This document shows, piece by piece, positions 9,063 through 16,509 of a DNA stretch of 62,468 nucleotides (positions are counted from its first letter, which is position 1; the number at the start of each line of letters is the position of its first letter). The position numbers were made by a program, and so were the translations under genes. Below the pieces are notes generated by a model that was not told where the DNA came from, searched no databases, and saw only the letters and a list, made by a program, of their open reading frames with translations. The DNA is from Spirochaetia bacterium (GTDB taxonomy: Bacteria > Spirochaetota > Spirochaetia > JABMQR01): assembly GCA_021736525.1 (NCBI GenBank), contig JAIPFR010000002.1:1-62468 (forward strand), read 5' to 3'.

Positions 9063-10493
9063 ATGAAGAAAAACCAAAAACAGTTTATCAGTTTTCTGCT
9101 TATTGTCTTATCAGTTTCAGCAGGAGCAAATGCCCAGGATTTGGAGGGCAGCCGAAAATCGCCGCAAGTAAAACTCAGTATCGTTCTACAGCTGCCACAG
9201 AACGGGAAACAGCCGCAGTTATCAACTGCTGTTGATATACGGATGGATGAGTGGAAATTCCTGGTCGGCAGTACCTGGCAGAAACCTGAACAAATGGAAT
9301 TAGCTGCATCCTGTACATTCGAAAGCGTCAGCTCAGGATTGGGGACACTGTATGCTTCCGGGCTTCCCCGTCTGGCTGAGAACCCCTTTGCCCTCGCCGC
9401 AGTTGCCGGCACCGCAAGGCTGCCTACATTTTCAGTGTCAAGGTACCCATTTTCCTCTGATCATTCAGCCGGTATACCCCCCGGAGGTTTTGTTTCGTAC
9501 AATATCGGACAGACTGGAGGGGTGGAGAAGCTGAGCATAAGTCTCTACGGGATTCCTCCCGGGTATAACGATTTAACAAGCTTTAGAATGGGAATATTTG
9601 CAGGGATGGTGCGTGATATGCCCAGCAAGGACAGAAATGAACATAAAGAGGTGGCTGCGGCTGAGGAAACTATTCAAGTCGGCATTGTACGGCATGGTCT
9701 CCTCGAGCAGGCAAGGATTAATGGGGAATCTGACTCATTATACCAGCAGAATCCGTTTGGGCGCGCAGCTTCTCAGAATGGTCTCACGGCAGCACTCGGA
9801 TTCTACCGGGAAACCCGTCTGGGAGGAAGCGGTATAACCCTGCTTGCCTCATTTGACAAAGCCGCAGCTCCAGGAACAGCAATCTTCGGTTTTGTCCGCG
9901 GAAGTGCTGGTTCTATTTCCTGTAATTATATGCAGAGTATCTATACAGATGCCTACCCGATACTCCTTGGAAAGGCCAGCTCAGCAATAAGTGCCCAGCA
10001 TGCAGGCAGTGCTATGCTGACAATATCTGAGCTCATGAAGCTGTCTATTGAAGTTGAGGAAGTTCTGTACCTCAATAACCAGTATGTAGCACCTGAAGAA
10101 TTGTCATCGAGAACCTATGCCGCATCTCTGCTCCTGCGGCATTCACCGATTGATATACGTCTCAAAGACTCTCTTGCTTATCATTATTCATCGGGAGAAT
10201 ATTCCATAAATATAGCAAGGAAATTTGATATTTCCGGAAAGTACTCAAAAAGCCCTCTTGAGATTTCAGCTTATGCAAACTATCAGATCAATAACAGAAA
10301 AACTGTTTCAGTTCGCAGTGGGGGTGCCGTAAAGCTTGCAGGAACCAGTTTAGTCCTGGTTTTTCATGTAGATATTACAGCATCCGATCGGGATGCCGGT
10401 GCTGAAATAACTATCAGTCTGCCTTCGGCAAAATTGACGCTTTCCGGGGATTTGGATGGTGTTGTAAAAGCAGTTTTTCAGGCAGCACTGTAA
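9063..10493 (+). CDS. hypothetical secreted / outer-membrane-like protein
   Basis: 476 aa. N-terminal signal peptide MKKNQKQFISFLLIVLSVSAGANAQ. Beta-rich Ser/Gly/Tyr composition. I recognise no family. Confidence 0.55.
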   Translation: MKKNQKQFISFLLIVLSVSAGANAQDLEGSRKSPQVKLSIVLQLPQNGKQPQLSTAVDIRMDEWKFLVGSTWQKPEQMELAASCTFESVSSGLGTLYASGLPRLAENPFALAAVAGTARLPTFSVSRYPFSSDHSAGIPPGGFVSYNIGQTGGVEKLSISLYGIPPGYNDLTSFRMGIFAGMVRDMPSKDRNEHKEVAAAEETIQVGIVRHGLLEQARINGESDSLYQQNPFGRAASQNGLTAALGFYRETRLGGSGITLLASFDKAAAPGTAIFGFVRGSAGSISCNYMQSIYTDAYPILLGKASSAISAQHAGSAMLTISELMKLSIEVEEVLYLNNQYVAPEELSSRTYAASLLLRHSPIDIRLKDSLAYHYSSGEYSINIARKFDISGKYSKSPLEISAYANYQINNRKTVSVRSGGAVKLAGTSLVLVFHVDITASDRDAGAEITISLPSAKLTLSGDLDGVVKAVFQAAL

Positions 10494-10520
10494 CACTGAC
10501 AGTCGCGGTGCTGAGCCATG

Positions 10521-11867
10521 CTAAAGCTTGAGCAGCCAACGTGCTGTTTCGAAATAGATGGCATATCCGCAAATATCGATCAGGGTTGCCATGAGAGGGG
10601 CTGACATGACTGTCGGGTCAAATCCCGCCCGGTGGATCAGCAGCGGAGCGGCTATACCCAGAATATTCGAAATGAGGACAACAAATGCCAGGGCTATTCC
10701 GATTACTGCTCCCTGAAAAATATCAACCTGGGGAGGGAGCAAGATACTGCGAAAGATAATGACAAAACCAGTTGCCAGTCCCAGTACAATGCCGATTAAA
10801 CACTCTTTACCGATGATTTTCAGGATTTCCCGAAACTGAATTTCTCCTGTGGCCAGTCCGCGAATCATCAGCGTGGAAGCTTGACTGCCGGTGTTGCCTC
10901 CTGTCTGGGTAATAACCGGCATAAAAATGATCAGAAAGGCAGCTCCAACCATCAATGTTTCGTACCGCTCGAGAATATTTGCCGAGATCGTTCCCAGAAG
11001 AAGCAAAATGATAAGCCAGGGGATTCGCTTACGTACCAGCGCCCAGATCGAGCTGTCCATATAGGATGCTGACGATCCTCCCATAGCACCCATCTTATAG
11101 ACATCCTCGGTCTGCTCTTCCCGTATAACATCGATAATATCATCAAACGTAACGATACCTATCAGAACATGGTCATGGCTAATTACCGGGATGGCAGCCA
11201 GGTCGTTATCCTCCATAACTCTGGCCACATCCTCCTGGTCGGTATCTTCGTAGACGCTGACTGGCTTTTCCTTAATCAGTTCGGAAATTTTTGCTGCATC
11301 AGATGCGGACAGAAGTTCCTTCATCGTAATGCTGCCGATCAGACGTTCCAGATTGTCAATAATATAAATACTGAAGAGATATTCAACCGAATCGCATTTT
11401 CCCCTGATAAACTGAATAGCCTGGGCAACCGTTATACGGGACTGGACAGCAAGAAAACGCGGAGTCATCAAACCGGCAGCATCGTCCTCATCATACCGGA
11501 GTAGAAAAAGCATTTCCCGCTTGCTTTCATCGCTCAGGTTTTCCCAGACTGCGTCGCGAACCTCTTTTGAAGCGCTCTGCATGATGTCAACGAGATCGTC
11601 AGGCTCCATCATCTTGAACAGCGTTTTTTTGCTTTGGATTGAAAGGTTGGATAGAATAAATTCCTGCTCGCTTTCGCTTAGTTCAGTAAATAAATCGGTT
11701 CTGATATCCAGTGGAAGATCAACAAACACCCTGAGGGCGTTTTCGGCATCCAGCTCCTCCCAGGCATCAAGGAGATCGGAAAAAGCGATGTCATGCAAAT
11801 ACAACCGCTTTTCCTGGGGAGACATTTTTTCCTGATATTCAAGGTAATGTTCAAGAATGTTGCTCAT
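10521..11867 (-). CDS. mgtE: magnesium transporter MgtE
   Basis: 448 aa. MgtE N-domain, a CBS pair (AIPVISHDHVLIGIVTFDDIIDVI) and a C-terminal 5-TM domain (ITQTGGNTGSQAST). Confidence 0.9.
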   Translation of the reverse strand: MSNILEHYLEYQEKMSPQEKRLYLHDIAFSDLLDAWEELDAENALRVFVDLPLDIRTDLFTELSESEQEFILSNLSIQSKKTLFKMMEPDDLVDIMQSASKEVRDAVWENLSDESKREMLFLLRYDEDDAAGLMTPRFLAVQSRITVAQAIQFIRGKCDSVEYLFSIYIIDNLERLIGSITMKELLSASDAAKISELIKEKPVSVYEDTDQEDVARVMEDNDLAAIPVISHDHVLIGIVTFDDIIDVIREEQTEDVYKMGAMGGSSASYMDSSIWALVRKRIPWLIILLLLGTISANILERYETLMVGAAFLIIFMPVITQTGGNTGSQASTLMIRGLATGEIQFREILKIIGKECLIGIVLGLATGFVIIFRSILLPPQVDIFQGAVIGIALAFVVLISNILGIAAPLLIHRAGFDPTVMSAPLMATLIDICGYAIYFETARWLLKL

Positions 11868-11880
11868 AATGTATCTCCTT

Positions 11881-11928
11881 TTTCCCTGTCTCTATCTCTA
11901 TCCCGATCCCGATCCCTATCCCTATCTC
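11881..11928 (-). repeat. phased hexamer array (8 units, GRGAYM in mRNA sense) in the murB-mgtE spacer, abutting the mgtE SD
   Basis: Minus-strand sense: GAGATA GGGATA GGGATC GGGATC GGGATA GAGATA GAGACA GGGAAA AAGGAG ATACATT ATG. Exact 6-nt period. Units 1-6 are arranged in mirror order. Confidence 0.85.
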
Positions 11929-11932
11929 GATT

Positions 11933-12892
11933 TTACTGAAGATTCAAGGGCTGACCGTTTTCCTGAAGTATCCGCAGTTCACATTCAAGAAGAACTCCGG
12001 TCTTTTCTTCTACCTTTCTGCGCGCCAGAGTTATCAAATCCAGAATATCGGAAGAATGAGCCCGGGATTCCGGATTGATAATAAAATTGGCGTGATATTC
12101 AGCAATTCGTGCCCCATTCTGCGATACTCCCTTCAGCCCAGCCATCTCTATCAGTTCTCCGGCAGACATGCCGTAATATCTGCTCTTCCTGCCAGTAACC
12201 GGCTTCTTGAATACAGATCCGGCCGAAGGATGCCGGTAATGTCCTTTAGTACGACGCATCTCCTCATATTCCTGATGCGTCTTCCCGAGAAGTTTTGGAT
12301 CAGCCCTTTCCGGCAGCGAAAAACAGACTCGGGTAATCATTCTGGAATTCTTTCCTATAAGTGAGCTGCGATAGGAAAAGCCTGCCTTTTCCTTGCTGAA
12401 TACGTAAATATTCCCATTTTCAAGCAATGTTTCAACCCAGGCAATGGTATCAGATATTTCGCTTCCGAAACACCCTGCGTTTCCCAATACAGCTCCTCCT
12501 ACTGTTCCCGGGATGCCGTAAAGTCGTTCAATACCTTTGAATCCTTTCCCAGCTGCTGTTCTGCAAAGATTATTAACAGAAACCCCGCACTCGGCTGTAA
12601 GCTCTCCCGGTTTAACGGCAATCTGTTTCAATCCGGTCGTCAGAAGGACAATTCCTCGCAAACCTTCGTCAGGTATCAGCACATTTGTTCCATTGCCTAA
12701 CAACGTTACGGGGATTCCCAAGATTTTTCCTATTCTCAAAACTTCCATGACTGATGCCATGTATTTAGGGCGAATAAGAATATCTGCCGGCCCTCCGCAA
12801 TGCAGCGACGTTAACGGAGCAAGAGGGATATGGCTTTCCACTTCCTCATGAACAGCATGATTATCAAGGAATCTTTTTACTTCTTCAATCAC
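11933..12892 (-). CDS. murB: UDP-N-acetylenolpyruvoylglucosamine reductase
   Basis: 319 aa. FAD-binding PCMH-type domain (LHCGGPADILIRP, LLGNGTNVLI) and C-terminal MurB domain (SAGSVFKKP). Confidence 0.88.
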   Translation of the reverse strand: MIEEVKRFLDNHAVHEEVESHIPLAPLTSLHCGGPADILIRPKYMASVMEVLRIGKILGIPVTLLGNGTNVLIPDEGLRGIVLLTTGLKQIAVKPGELTAECGVSVNNLCRTAAGKGFKGIERLYGIPGTVGGAVLGNAGCFGSEISDTIAWVETLLENGNIYVFSKEKAGFSYRSSLIGKNSRMITRVCFSLPERADPKLLGKTHQEYEEMRRTKGHYRHPSAGSVFKKPVTGRKSRYYGMSAGELIEMAGLKGVSQNGARIAEYHANFIINPESRAHSSDILDLITLARRKVEEKTGVLLECELRILQENGQPLNLQ

Positions 12893-13180
12893 TCGAATAT
12901 TGTAGATTATTAATGAATTTTACGCAAATATATAATACTGTCGCACAACTACGTATTTTATCGTTGCTTTATCAGTTGAAGAGCGGGTCGGAAGTGGGTT
13001 GGAAGGGCTTCCAGTTTTCAAGAGAGATTTACAGTCGGACTATTGGTTTTCTTTTAAAAAAGGGGTAACTTGAAACAGCATCCGGATAGTGATAGAATCC
13101 ATTTTTTATAATTGTGCAATGTCCTGCAGATAGTAAACGACGTGGTATGTGGTTATATCTTGCGTAAAACCGGTTATATC

Positions 13181-13214
13181 GACAATTTTTAAAAGATTAC
13201 ATTTTGAAATTGTC
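13181..13214. repeat. AT-rich palindromic element, GATTACA-loop subtype (copy E)
   Basis: GACAATTTTTAAAA-GATTACA-TTTTGAAATTGTC. Lies 148 nt upstream of the cysS ATG in the murB/cysS divergent gap. Confidence 0.8.
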
Positions 13215-13361
13215 TATATAAGCTTTCAATGGTCGATTGACTGCCATTGAAGCGGCTTTGTTTCCAAGGGGTTGCAAGCGCCATGCATCATGCAGTACAT
13301 AAGACATCAGGACTCAGACATCAGGTATCTGGTTCCGGCAGGAGACGTTAGGAGATAATCG

Positions 13362-14807
13362 ATGCAAATGACTTTATACAATACATTCGACCGCACCCTT
13401 GAGGAGTTTGAAACTCTTGAAGAACAGGTTGTTTCAATGTATGCCTGTGGTCCTACAGTCTATAATTATGCTCATATTGGTAACCTTCGTACGTATCTCT
13501 TTGAGGACTTTCTGCGCAGAGTTCTGGAATATTCCGGCTTCCGGGTGAAGCATGTTATGAATATTACAGATGTGGGACACCTTACCGGAGATAACGATGA
13601 AGGCGAGGATAAAATGGTTAAGTCATCCCGTGAAAGCGGGAAAAGTGTCTGGGAAATAGCAGGTTTCTATACCGATGCTTTCTTCCGGGATACGAAAAAA
13701 TTAAATATTATCCCGCCTACTGTTGCCTGCAAAGCCACTGACCATATCCAGGATATGATAAAGCTGATACAGAGACTCGAGGAGAAAGGGCATACCTATA
13801 CAGCCGGAGGGAATGTCTACTTCAGTATTGATACCTTCCCCGATTACGGCAAAATGGCAGGACTCAGACTGGAGGAGCTCCAGTCCGGTGCCAGAATTGA
13901 AGTAGATACGAATAAACGCAATCCGAAGGATTTTGCCCTGTGGTTTACCCGGTCCAAGTTTGAAAATCAGGCAATGGTATGGGATTCTCCGTGGGGAAAA
14001 GGGTATCCCGGATGGCATATCGAGTGCAGTGCCATGAGTATGAAGTATCTTGGTGAGCAGTTTGATATACACTGCGGCGGTACTGACCACATTAATGTTC
14101 ATCATACTAACGAAATTGCCCAGTCGGAAGCGGCCACGGGAAAACCATGGGTGAAGTATTGGCTGCATGGCGAATTTCTTATAGATGACAGCGGAAAAAT
14201 GTCCAAATCAAAGGGTGAGTTCCTTACATTGTCTTTGCTGGAGGAGAAGGGGTACGATCCTCTGGATTATCGATATTTCTGTCTGGGAGCTCATTATCGA
14301 TCCCAGCTGCAGTTTTCCTTTGATGCCCTGGACTCTGCTCGCAATGCCAGACTGAATCTCCTGGAGCGGGTCAGCGATTTTCTCATGCAGTCTGAAGACC
14401 GGAGCGGTCTTCAGGATCAGGATATCCGGAAGTATATTTCAGAAAAGGGGAAATCCCTTCTTGCCCGGTTTCAGGAGTATATTGGAAGGGATCTGAATAT
14501 GCCTCGCGGCCTTTCGGTTTTGTGGAAAGTGATTAAGGATCAGGATCTGCAGTCGGATGAAAAGCTGTTGCTTATCAAAGAAATGGACCGTGTGTTTGGA
14601 CTTTCCTTGCTCGAACGTGCTTCTGAGGAGAGGAAGGGACTTGAACCGGAAACAGACGCAGAAGTGGAAATACTTTTGCGTGAAAGGTCTGAAGCACGGT
14701 CTGTCAGAGACTATTCCCGTGCAGATGAAATACGTGATATACTCCAGGTAATGGGGATCGAAATTAAAGACACAGCTTCAGGTACAACCTGGAGAAAAAA
14801 AGTGTAA
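13362..14807 (+). CDS. cysS: cysteine--tRNA ligase
   Basis: 481 aa. CGPTVYNYAHIGNLRTY (HIGH-type motif), KMSKSKGEF and WHIECSAM. Confidence 0.93.
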   Translation: MQMTLYNTFDRTLEEFETLEEQVVSMYACGPTVYNYAHIGNLRTYLFEDFLRRVLEYSGFRVKHVMNITDVGHLTGDNDEGEDKMVKSSRESGKSVWEIAGFYTDAFFRDTKKLNIIPPTVACKATDHIQDMIKLIQRLEEKGHTYTAGGNVYFSIDTFPDYGKMAGLRLEELQSGARIEVDTNKRNPKDFALWFTRSKFENQAMVWDSPWGKGYPGWHIECSAMSMKYLGEQFDIHCGGTDHINVHHTNEIAQSEAATGKPWVKYWLHGEFLIDDSGKMSKSKGEFLTLSLLEEKGYDPLDYRYFCLGAHYRSQLQFSFDALDSARNARLNLLERVSDFLMQSEDRSGLQDQDIRKYISEKGKSLLARFQEYIGRDLNMPRGLSVLWKVIKDQDLQSDEKLLLIKEMDRVFGLSLLERASEERKGLEPETDAEVEILLRERSEARSVRDYSRADEIRDILQVMGIEIKDTASGTTWRKKV

Positions 14808-14835
14808 CTATCTCAGGCGGATAATTGTTGAGCTT

Positions 14836-15363
14836 ATGGAAGTTAACAGCAGCGGATTAGAGTCATTCAAGCAGGTGTATAAAGAAGTATTTCCTGTAAT
14901 AATGAGAGTGGCTTACCATGTGACATATAATATGGATGCTTCCGAGGATATTTGCCAAGAGGCATTTATCCGCTTTTTCGATCGCGGTCTGATCTTTCCG
15001 TCGGTTGATGAGGCAAAGTACTGGCTCATCAGGGTCACGAAAAACCTATCCATCAACTATGTGAAGCGGAAGGGGAGGGAGAAGGCAGCTGTAGATAAAA
15101 TCAAGAAACAGCCGCTTCCCTCTGTCAAGACCGGTGAGGAAACAGTTATTGGTAACGAGACATGTGAGTTGGTTAGAAATGCAATCCAGCAGCTACCGGA
15201 AAAACTTCGTGCTGTACTGGTGTTAAAGGAGTACAGTGACTTGAATTATAAAGAAATTGCGAATATTCTTAACATAACAGAAAGCAATGTTAAAGTGCGG
15301 GTTCACCGCGCAAAGCAGCAGTTGGAAAAGTTATTGGATCAGGAGGGAATTCATGTGCTTTGA
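14836..15363 (+). CDS. RNA polymerase ECF-type sigma-70 factor
   Basis: 175 aa. Region 2 (DICQEAFIRFF) and region 4 HTH (LKEYSDLNYKEIANILNITESNVKVRVHRAKQQL). Confidence 0.85.
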   Translation: MEVNSSGLESFKQVYKEVFPVIMRVAYHVTYNMDASEDICQEAFIRFFDRGLIFPSVDEAKYWLIRVTKNLSINYVKRKGREKAAVDKIKKQPLPSVKTGEETVIGNETCELVRNAIQQLPEKLRAVLVLKEYSDLNYKEIANILNITESNVKVRVHRAKQQLEKLLDQEGIHVL

Positions 15364-16249
15364 TGATCAGGTTCTTTCCACATATATAGACGGCGAACTT
15401 GCCGAACCTTGGAAAACTCAAGTTGAAGAGCATTTACTTCACTGTGCAACCTGCAAATCTCGATACGACCAGCTTCAGGATCTTGAGACAGACATCAAAT
15501 CAGCAAGACTCAGAGAAGATGAGTTTTCAGTGCAGCGAGAGAGAGTATGGCAGTATCTGGAAAAGCATTGTGTTTCATCGGTTAAAGAAAAAATCATCGA
15601 AAAACGGTTTACCTTCAAAGCACCGGTAGTATTTGCAGCCGCCGCAGCCTTTGTTATACTTTTTGCTGCAGGAATATATTTTACTGCACGGGTCAAGAGC
15701 TCCGACATTCCTGAGATTCCGGTAATAAGCAGCGATAATAAAGCAACTGCCGAGAAAACGCTGATCCCGGTGGTAGCAACCGATGCGTCCCCTGTAGAAC
15801 GATCGATGAGGGACTTGACCATCGAAGAGATTCTGCAGCTGCTTGATGAGCGCGGATTTGAGGTCGACCTCAGATTGAAAAGCGTTGAGCCGCTGAAAGT
15901 GAACTCACCGATAACTGGTTCCAACTTCATGAATCCTGTTCCCGGGTTTTCCGAAAGCCCGGCTTTAGAAGGAGTTGATGCAATTCCAGTGATGACGCTG
16001 GAATCGGCGGAGCCCGTAGAAGAAACGGAGACGGCAGAAGCAGAAGCAGAAGCAGAAGCAGAAGATGCAGGTATTGATACCGAAGCAGACATGGAAGCAG
16101 ATACAGAGCAGGAAGCTCAACCCGCTGTTCCAGATAGCGAGGCTGGTGAAGTTGAAGCAGCTGAAGAAGAGAGTGTGCCGGAAGACTCAGTTCCTTCCGC
16201 CGAGGAAGAACCGGAAGCTTCTGCTTCTGATGATACTGAGTCCCCTTAA
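15353..16249 (+). CDS. zinc-finger (zf-HC2/ZAS-type) anti-sigma factor, single TM, acidic low-complexity C-terminus
   Basis: ATG at 15353 overlaps the sigma-factor stop. MCFDDQVLSTYIDGELAEPWKTQVEEHLLHCATCKSRYDQL carries the H-x3-C-x2-C motif. TM segment VVFAAAAAFVILFAAGIYF. The tail is rich in E/A/D/P. Confidence 0.8.
   Translation: MCFDDQVLSTYIDGELAEPWKTQVEEHLLHCATCKSRYDQLQDLETDIKSARLREDEFSVQRERVWQYLEKHCVSSVKEKIIEKRFTFKAPVVFAAAAAFVILFAAGIYFTARVKSSDIPEIPVISSDNKATAEKTLIPVVATDASPVERSMRDLTIEEILQLLDERGFEVDLRLKSVEPLKVNSPITGSNFMNPVPGFSESPALEGVDAIPVMTLESAEPVEETETAEAEAEAEAEDAGIDTEADMEADTEQEAQPAVPDSEAGEVEAAEEESVPEDSVPSAEEEPEASASDDTESP
16034..16063 (+). repeat. (GCAGAA)5 hexanucleotide microsatellite inside the anti-sigma gene
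   Basis: Five perfect GCAGAA units encoding AEAEAEAEAE. In frame. Confidence 0.9.
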
Positions 16250-16262
16250 TAGAGCACGGCTA

Positions 16263-16307
16263 GAGAAAAATTCAAGAAGATTCCTTTTTGAATTTTTCTT
16301 GCTTTTT
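16263..16307 (+). terminator. rho-independent terminator after the anti-sigma gene
   Basis: Perfect 11-bp stem GAAAAATTCAA (16265-16275) / TTGAATTTTTC (16288-16298), 12-nt loop, followed by TTGCTTTTT. Confidence 0.6.
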
Positions 16308-16400
16308 CATAAGAATCAGTTGTCCATTGCGGCAGCTGATTTTTTTTGACTCATCACTGTCTGTGATTGTATTCTCATGTTCTTTTTGATACTATTGAAA

Positions 16401-16430
16401 AAATTTCAAATAAATTACATTTTGAAGTTT
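16401..16430. repeat. AT-rich palindromic element, GATTACA-type loop, degenerate (copy D)
   Basis: AAATTTCAAA-TAAATTACA-TTTTGAAGTTT. Lies 80 nt upstream of the valS ATG. Shares ATTACATTTTGAA with copy E. Confidence 0.65.
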
Positions 16431-16509
16431 CGATAATTTTGTCAGCCTCATTATTCTGTTAAGGCTATTGAAGACCCCCCGTGGTCTCACAACAAGGAGT
16501 TGCTTGATT

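Noticed and set aside
11868-11932. M-box (ykoK) Mg riboswitch upstream of mgtE.
   Set aside because: The spacer is 65 nt, far shorter than the ~160-nt M-box, and consists of the hexamer array instead.
12893-13361. T-box leader or small RNA in the 469-nt murB/cysS gap, the largest gap in the window. Also a 52-codon ORF starting at ATG 12913 (MNFTQIYNTVAQLRILSLLYQLKSG...).
   Set aside because: I saw no T-box consensus or specifier-loop architecture. The small ORF has no SD and no recognisable features. Apart from the palindromic element and a second small hairpin (about 13231-13256), I cannot support a feature.
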